Shown here in pieces: positions 1-5,402 of a stretch of 10,746 bases of DNA. Position numbers and translations under genes: made by a program. The stretch spans positions 1 to 10,746 of the forward strand of contig JANLPS010000071.1 of the NCBI GenBank assembly GCA_031367385.1, given 5' to 3'. Source of the stretch: Archangium sp. (lineage in GTDB: Bacteria; Myxococcota; Myxococcia; Myxococcales; Myxococcaceae). The notes under the pieces were generated by a model, which searched no databases, was not told the origin of the DNA, and saw only the letters and a program-made list of their open reading frames with translations. The stretch's first letter is position 1. Each line of letters opens with the position of its first letter.

Positions 1-2394
1 GGTGCAGGTGCCGGTGCCGGAGCAGCCTCCGCCGCTCCACCCGGTGAAGGTCGAGCCAGTGGCCTTCACTGCGCTCAGCTGAACGACGGTGCCTGACGTG
101 TAGGCCTCCGAGCAGTCGGTGCCGCAGTTGATGCCGGCGCCGGTCGAGGTGACGGTGCCGCTGCCAGGCCCGGGCTTCGAGACCGAGAGCGTGTACTGCT
201 GCAGGGTGAAGTCAGCGGTGACGTTGGCGACGGCGTTCATGTACACGCTGCAGGTGCCGGTGCCCGCGCACCCACCGCCGCTCCAGCCGGCGAAGGCGCT
301 GCCGGGGCTGGGCGTCGCGACCAAGGTGACGAGGGTGCCGGACACGAACGAGACCGAGCAGCTCGAGCCGCAGCTGAGGCCAGCGGGCGACGAGCTCACG
401 GTGCCATCGCCCAACCCGATCTTCGAGATGTTGAGCGCGTAGTCGCTCAAAGCGAAGTTCGCGGTGACGCTGGTGAGGGCGGTCATCGAGATGGTGCAGA
501 CGCCGGTGCCGGTGCAGGGGCCGCCGCTCCACCCGGTGAAGGTCGAGTCGGCGCTGGCGATGGCGCTCAGGTTCATGGTCGCACCGTAATTGACGTCTTC
601 TGAGCAATCGGCGCCGCAGTTGATGCCCACCGGGGCTGAGGTGACGACGCCGGTGCCGGTGCCATCTCGAGAGACCTGGAGCGGCACGGTGGCGGGCGCG
701 AACGTCGCCACCACGGTGGTCGCGGCGGTGATGGTCACCAAGCACGTCGGCGCCGTGCCCACGCAGGGAGCTCCGAAGCCAAGGAAGATCGAGCCTGAAT
801 CGGGCTCTGCGGTCAGCAGAACAGCTGTGTTTACGGAGTAGCGTTCAGTGCAATCGACGCCGCAGTCGATGCCGCTCAGGTCGCTGGTGACGTGGCCGAG
901 GCCGGCGCCCTGCCGTGCGACGGTGAGCGTGAAGACGGGGGCGGTGAACTGCGCGTTGACGGTGCGAGCGGCGCTCATCGTGACCGTGCAGGTGCCCATG
1001 CCAGTGCAGGCGCCCGACCACCCATCGAAGCTCGCGCCTGCGGCGGGGTTCGCGGTGAGGGTGACCATGGTACCGACGTCGAGAGACGCAGAACAGGTCG
1101 AGCCGCAGGCGATGCCGCCTCCGGTCACGGTGCTGGTGTCAGCGCCGGTGCCAGTCTTGGTCACGGTCAGCGCGAACTGCGGCAGCCCGAAGATGGCGGT
1201 GACGGTGGTCGACGAGCCCACGGTGACGACGCAGGGGCTGGTCGTGCCGCAGCCGCCGCCCGTGAACCCGACGAAGGTCGAGCCGACATCGGGCGTGGCG
1301 GTCAAAGTGACGTTGGCGCCAGTCGCGACGCTCTCGGTGCAATCAGCGCCGCAGGTGATGCCGGTGCCAGTCACAGTGCCAGTGCCGGTGCCGGTTTTTG
1401 CGACAGTGAGCACTGAGGTGGGCCCCGAGAACGCGGCCTCGATGTTGGTGTCGCCCGTCAGCGTGAAGGTGCAGTCGGCCGTACCGGAGCACCCGCCCCC
1501 AGACCACCCCATGAAGGTGGAGCCGGCGTTGGCGGTCGCGGTCAGCGTGATGACGGTGCCGTACGCGCGGGCGGCCATCGTGCAGCCGAAGCCGCAGTTG
1601 ATGCCAGCGGGGCTCGACTGAACGAAACCCGCGCCCGTGCCCGTCTTCACGACGCTGACGGAGTACTCGTAGGCGAAGAGCTTGGGGCCAGTGCTGGTGT
1701 ACCCAGTGACGGTGTGCGTGCAGGTCTGGCCTTGGCCGAGGCAATCGCCCGTCCACCCGGCGAAGTAGTAGCCGGTGCGGGGGGTGGCGGTGAGGGTGAC
1801 GACGTCTCCGTAATTGAAGACCTGGCGGCAGGTCGCGAAACCGGTGCAGTCGAACCCGCTCCCGGTGACCTTGCCCGAGGCGGTTGAGGGGCCAGAGAGG
1901 TCGAAGTAGTAGCTTTGCTTGCTGAAATAGACCGTGGGGCTCATCGAGCTGGTGACGGTGAGGTTGCAGTCGGGGTTGAACCCGCACTGCCCTGCCGCGT
2001 TGAACCAGCCGTCGAAGTTCATGCCCGTGTCGGGCTCAGCCAACAGCGCCAAACTCCCGCCGCTGACGATCGCGGCGCTGCAGTCGCTGCCGCAGTCGAC
2101 ACCGGTGCCCGTCACCTTGCCTGTACCGTTGCCGAGCTTGACCACGGTGACGGGGAAGATGGCCGACGCGAACTCGGCGTTGACCGTCGTGGCCGAGCCG
2201 ACGGTCACCGTGCAGGGAGCGGTGCCGTTGCAGCCGCTGCCGCTCCACCCGATGAAGACCGACTGGGAGTCTTCGTAGGCGGTGAGCGTGACCTGAGTGC
2301 CTTTGAGAAAATTCTCGGTGCAGTCATCGCCGCAGTTGATACCGGCTCCGAAGATCGCGCCGTCGCCCCGGCCCGACTTCGAGAGGGTGAGAAG
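1..2394 (-). repeat. Ten tandem protein repeats (divergent InlB B-repeat-like, 4 Cys each); the tenth is cut by the window edge
   Basis: Recurring motifs GINCGDDC, GVDCGSDC, GFDCTGFATC, GINCGFGC, GITCGADC, GIACGSTC, GIDCGVDC, GINCGADC, GLSCGSSC and GINCGTDC, each followed by an F-x-G-W/F motif and a second Cys pair. Confidence 0.88.
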
Positions 2395-2937
2395 CCCGAT
2401 GGGTGAGGGGGCTCCCGCGTCGACCGGGCCGCCGGCGTCAGTGGTCGAGCCGCCGCCTGCGTCAGTGGTGGCACCGCCGCCGGCATCGGTGGTCGTGCCG
2501 CCGGCGTCGGTGGTCGTGCCGCCGGCGTCGGTGGTCGTGCCGCCGCCCGCGTCGGTGGTGCCGCCGCCCGCGTCGGTGGTCGTGCCGCCCCCCGCGTCGG
2601 TGATCGTGCCGCCGCCGGCGTCAATCGGAGCGCCGCCGGCATCGACGTCGGTGTTGCCGCCGGCATCAACGCCCGAATTGCCGCCCGCATCACTCCCGCT
2701 GCCGCCACCCATGCCGCCACCCATGCCGCCACCCATGCCGCCGCCGACGCCGCCGCCCGTGCCGCCGCCGGTGGCCCCGCCCGCGTCTTTGGCTGACCCG
2801 CCGCCAGTGCCACCGCCGGAGCCGCCACCTGAACCGCCGCCTACTCCGCTGTCAGCCGTCTCGATGATTCCAGGACCACACCCGCCGAACACAACGACGA
2901 CGGCAGCCACGAGAACGAATCGAAGGGAGCTGTTCAT
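1..2937 (-). CDS. Large surface lipoprotein with Gly/DAG low-complexity linker and >=10 tandem divergent InlB B-repeat (Flg_new_2-like) domains; 3' end lies outside the window
   Basis: My translation of the minus strand from ATG 2937 is open to base 1 (979 codons, no stop, strong G/C at third positions). N-terminus MNSSLRFVLVAAVVVVFGG-C20 is a lipoprotein-type signal. It is followed by a GGG/DAGG linker, then ~75-80 aa repeats of consensus LTVxKxGxGxGxVT..GIxCGxDC....GTxVTLTA.P..GSxFxGWSGxxCxGTxxCxVT......VxAxF. Absent from the ORF track; the plus-strand ORFs here are its antisense shadows. Confidence 0.92.
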   Translation of the reverse strand, partial: MNSSLRFVLVAAVVVVFGGCGPGIIETADSGVGGGSGGGSGGGTGGGSAKDAGGATGGGTGGGVGGGMGGGMGGGMGGGSGSDAGGNSGVDAGGNTDVDAGGAPIDAGGGTITDAGGGTTTDAGGGTTDAGGGTTTDAGGTTTDAGGTTTDAGGGATTDAGGGSTTDAGGPVDAGAPSPIGLLTLSKSGRGDGAIFGAGINCGDDCTENFLKGTQVTLTAYEDSQSVFIGWSGSGCNGTAPCTVTVGSATTVNAEFASAIFPVTVVKLGNGTGKVTGTGVDCGSDCSAAIVSGGSLALLAEPDTGMNFDGWFNAAGQCGFNPDCNLTVTSSMSPTVYFSKQSYYFDLSGPSTASGKVTGSGFDCTGFATCRQVFNYGDVVTLTATPRTGYYFAGWTGDCLGQGQTCTHTVTGYTSTGPKLFAYEYSVSVVKTGTGAGFVQSSPAGINCGFGCTMAARAYGTVITLTATANAGSTFMGWSGGGCSGTADCTFTLTGDTNIEAAFSGPTSVLTVAKTGTGTGTVTGTGITCGADCTESVATGANVTLTATPDVGSTFVGFTGGGCGTTSPCVVTVGSSTTVTAIFGLPQFALTVTKTGTGADTSTVTGGGIACGSTCSASLDVGTMVTLTANPAAGASFDGWSGACTGMGTCTVTMSAARTVNAQFTAPVFTLTVARQGAGLGHVTSDLSGIDCGVDCTERYSVNTAVLLTAEPDSGSIFLGFGAPCVGTAPTCLVTITAATTVVATFAPATVPLQVSRDGTGTGVVTSAPVGINCGADCSEDVNYGATMNLSAIASADSTFTGWSGGPCTGTGVCTISMTALTSVTANFALSDYALNISKIGLGDGTVSSSPAGLSCGSSCSVSFVSGTLVTLVATPSPGSAFAGWSGGGCAGTGTCSVYMNAVANVTADFTLQQYTLSVSKPGPGSGTVTSTGAGINCGTDCSEAYTSGTVVQLSAVKATGSTFTGWSGGGCSGTGTCT
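2415..2840 (-). repeat. Low-complexity coding minisatellites encoding the GGG/MGGG and DAGG(G)TTT linker
   Basis: Exact 12-nt unit gccgccacccat x3 at 2701-2736. Exact 21-nt unit tcggtggtcgtgccgccggcg x2 plus a partial copy at 2486-2545. The linker has 14 DAG motifs. Confidence 0.9.
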
Positions 2938-3414
2938 GTGCCTCAATTGTGGCTGATTGACCCGATGAGTCCACTTGTAATGGTGGGCGATTGTCAGCGC
3001 GTTGGGAGTGGCGACGGGGCGCCCATGTAGGAGAGATATCGCGGTGTATCGGTCACCGCGCATCGCCGGGGGACACTGCTCGTAGACCCCTCGCTTTGAA
3101 ATGCAGCGGCGCAGTTGGCCGCGACGAGAGTCGATGACCTCGACGGCGCCGCTGCAAGGCAGCACGCCGCAGCTCGCCCACCGGCCTCGGGTTCTTCGAA
3201 GCTGCACCTGATGAGCGTGACCAGCGCTGACGCCACCGCCTCGGCCAGCGGCAGCTCGCAAGTTGAGCTCTGTAAAGCCTCGAACACGCCCTCGCCTCTG
3301 CTGTTTCTTGGTTTCTGAGAGCTCGGCAAGGCGCCCAATGTGCGCATCGCGCGCAACCCCGAATGCAGCGCCACGACAATCAGGCAAGCCTTCCAAACCA
3401 AGGGAAACGACCCA

Positions 3415-4938
3415 ATGAGCGTCTTGAAAATTCGCAGCCTGGCCTCGGCCATCATCACCGAAGCGAGCAGCAAGAAGATCATCGCCAGCGCTCAAGACGG
3501 GGGCAAGATCGACGCAGACGAGCGCGCCGAGCTCGACGCGTTGGCGGCTGCTCCGGCCGACCGTTTCGAGAGCCCTGCGGCCCGCCAGAGCTTCTTGGCC
3601 TCGTACTCGGCAGCGACCGGAGCGCCGTTGCCCCCCACCCCGCGCGTCTTCACGCAGGAGTCGCGCCCCTCGTGGACGACCACCTATTTCCCGATGGCCG
3701 ATTACTCGGGCGACAAGAAGGGCAGCCCCGAGTCGAACTTGTGGGCCGAGCACGGCGCCGCCGACGAATTCGACAAGGTGCTCAGCGCGCGTCACCTGAC
3801 GCCAGGGGCCCGCGAGTTCGAGCTCCAACCCGCCATCAACTGGATCGTGGGCAAGCCTTCGGGCGGCTACCTCGCCAACGGCACGGTCGACGAGAAGAAC
3901 GCCGAGGTCACCACCGGGCTCGACCTCAACGGCGACGGCAAGATCACCCCCAACGTGGAGTGGGACGTGATCGGCTACAACGGCACCCTGGTTCGCGCCA
4001 ACTCGGTCGGCAACGGCAAGGCCGAAGACTCGGTCGGGGTCAGCTGGTGGGGTCACTGCGACGAGGTCGGTGCCGCGGGCATCATGTTCCGCGAGCCGGT
4101 CAAAGACGTTGAGATCGACGGCGCCAAGTTCACGCCGGTGATGATCAAAGGCCTGCTGTCGATGATCTCGCAGAGCCAGGGTGGCAACACCGAGTACGTC
4201 GGCAGCCGCAACAACGAAGAGTTCGACTCGGTGCATTTGAAGAACGGCGAGCAGTTCTTGGGCCGCGTCGCCGGTGAGCTCAAGTTCGGCAGCGGCACCC
4301 GCTTCAACTACGACGACGCGACGTTCAATGGTGGCTTCGCGCCCGAGCTGCAGGTCGTCTTGAAAGACGGCACCACGCGAACCGTCAAGGGCTCAGAGGT
4401 CGACTCGATCACCCGTGAGCTGCGCAAAGAGAGCCCGGCGATGTACCACACCAAGATGATCGACTGGCTCGCCAGCGGCCGCCCCGCGGTGATGGACAAA
4501 GACGACGGCTTGCACTTGTGGAACTACAACTTTCACAAGCTCGAGGACACGATGTTCGAGAAGGGCCAGAAGCCCGATTGGGCCGACCAGGTCGACTTGA
4601 CCAACGGCTTCTCGGGCCCGGTGCAACCTGGCGACGATGTCACCTACGTCGACCGCAAGGTCACCCTCGGCGCGTCGGGTGCCGGCGAAAGCGGCGGCCA
4701 GGAGTCGTACCAGTACTGGATCGCCAAACGAAACGGCGAGATCGTGAATAGCGGCTGGGCCTCAGGTTCGTCGAGCCCCGACTTTCTCTGGCGGCCGACC
4801 CAAGCGCCCATCTTCTCGGGCCCGAACCCCCGCAACCCGTTCATCAAGCCTGAGATCGTGAAAGAGATTTACCTCCGCTCGCTTTCCGACGCAGACCGGG
4901 CGGCCGAGGAGCAGCGGTTGGCGGCGGTCGTTCAGTAA
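3415..4938 (+). CDS. Transglutaminase-elicitor (GP42/TGase_elicitor-like) family protein, ~507 aa, predicted Cys nucleophile, Ca2+-binding-like motifs
   Basis: Motifs occur in the order known for this family: PSWTTTYFP; WWGHC..GAAGIMFREP...IDGAKFTPVMIKGLL; SPAMYH...PAVMD.....LWNY; YQYW...NGEIVNSGW....PDFLW. The start is placed at ATG 3415, with AAGGGA about 9 nt upstream, rather than at GTG 3340. DLNGDGKI motif at 3922-3945. Confidence 0.75.
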   Translation: MSVLKIRSLASAIITEASSKKIIASAQDGGKIDADERAELDALAAAPADRFESPAARQSFLASYSAATGAPLPPTPRVFTQESRPSWTTTYFPMADYSGDKKGSPESNLWAEHGAADEFDKVLSARHLTPGAREFELQPAINWIVGKPSGGYLANGTVDEKNAEVTTGLDLNGDGKITPNVEWDVIGYNGTLVRANSVGNGKAEDSVGVSWWGHCDEVGAAGIMFREPVKDVEIDGAKFTPVMIKGLLSMISQSQGGNTEYVGSRNNEEFDSVHLKNGEQFLGRVAGELKFGSGTRFNYDDATFNGGFAPELQVVLKDGTTRTVKGSEVDSITRELRKESPAMYHTKMIDWLASGRPAVMDKDDGLHLWNYNFHKLEDTMFEKGQKPDWADQVDLTNGFSGPVQPGDDVTYVDRKVTLGASGAGESGGQESYQYWIAKRNGEIVNSGWASGSSSPDFLWRPTQAPIFSGPNPRNPFIKPEIVKEIYLRSLSDADRAAEEQRLAAVVQ

Positions 4939-4946
4939 GGCGCAAG

Positions 4947-5369
4947 TCACGCAGACAGCGCGTTGGCAATGGAGTGCGCCAGCGCGCCGTCGAACGTCGC
5001 CGGGTCGGTGTACAGGCGCATCGCGTCTTCGAGCCCGGCGAATTTTCGAACGAACTCCGCGCTCATTTGAATGAAGCGCGAGCCGGTGAGCATGCTCACG
5101 TGGCGAAACCGCGCTCGGTTCGCCTGGAGCCAGATTGCCCATTCTCCGCTGACGTCGACCGTCGCCGTTTGCACGTGGCGCGCGTCGATGAACAGCTCGA
5201 GCCGGCCTTGACCGACGAGGTCTTTGTTGAGCTCCTGAAAAGGCCGGCCCTTGAGCTCGCCGATGTCGGTGCCTGACAAGATCACCACCGTCACGTGCGG
5301 CGCTGGGCGGCGAATCACCAGCTTGACGTGAACGCCTTCGAAGAGAACGTCGGTCGGGTTCATCGCCAT
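4947..5369 (-). CDS. Stand-alone STAS/SEC14 (SpoIIAA-like) domain protein, 140 aa
   Basis: The alpha/beta pattern VTVVILSG...LELFIDARHV...WLQANRARFRHVSMLTGSRFIQM...MRLYTDPATF..AL resembles the small SpoIIAA-like proteins common in myxobacteria. Codon bias is good. The start could also be the ATG at 5363. Confidence 0.7.
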   Translation of the reverse strand: MAMNPTDVLFEGVHVKLVIRRPAPHVTVVILSGTDIGELKGRPFQELNKDLVGQGRLELFIDARHVQTATVDVSGEWAIWLQANRARFRHVSMLTGSRFIQMSAEFVRKFAGLEDAMRLYTDPATFDGALAHSIANALSA

Positions 5370-5402
5370 ATGGGCCTGCGTTCTAGCAGGTATGGTGCGC
5401 GC
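5370..5402. promoter_or_regulatory. Putative compact bidirectional promoter; leaderless -10 for the channel gene
   Basis: Plus strand: TATGGT (TAnnnT) at 5391-5396, exactly 6 nt before GTG 5403. Minus strand: TG-C-TAGAAC, extended -10-like, 10 nt before ATG 5369. Neither gene has a clear Shine-Dalgarno. Short inverted repeat CCTGC-N6-GCAGG at 5375-5390. Confidence 0.45.

Noticed and set aside
2440..2740. Short direct repeats that might suggest a CRISPR array
   Set aside because: The units are contiguous, 12-24 nt, lack unique spacers and encode an in-frame Gly-rich linker.
119..2956. Plus-strand ORFs 119-442, 590-841, 848-1621, 1934-2278 and 2297-2956 (Pro/Val-rich, PPASVV repeats) and other-frame Arg/His-rich ORFs
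   Set aside because: These are antisense or off-frame shadows of the minus-strand lipoprotein gene; PPAS/PVPVP are the reverse-complement reading of DAGG/TGTG codons.
3340..3414. ORF-track N-terminal extension of the transglutaminase-like gene
   Set aside because: There is no RBS at GTG 3340 and the codons are atypical; ATG 3415 has AAGGGA upstream.
2994..3482. 162-aa minus-strand ORF and the overlapping 3053-3379 and 3115-3318 ORFs
   Set aside because: The long ORF overlaps the start of the transglutaminase-like gene. None has a recognisable motif or consistent codon bias; at most a remnant.
5295..5402. ORF-track start of the channel gene at 5295
   Set aside because: It would overlap the divergent STAS-like gene by 75 nt and bury the signal peptide; GTG 5403 (or ATG 5370) fits better.
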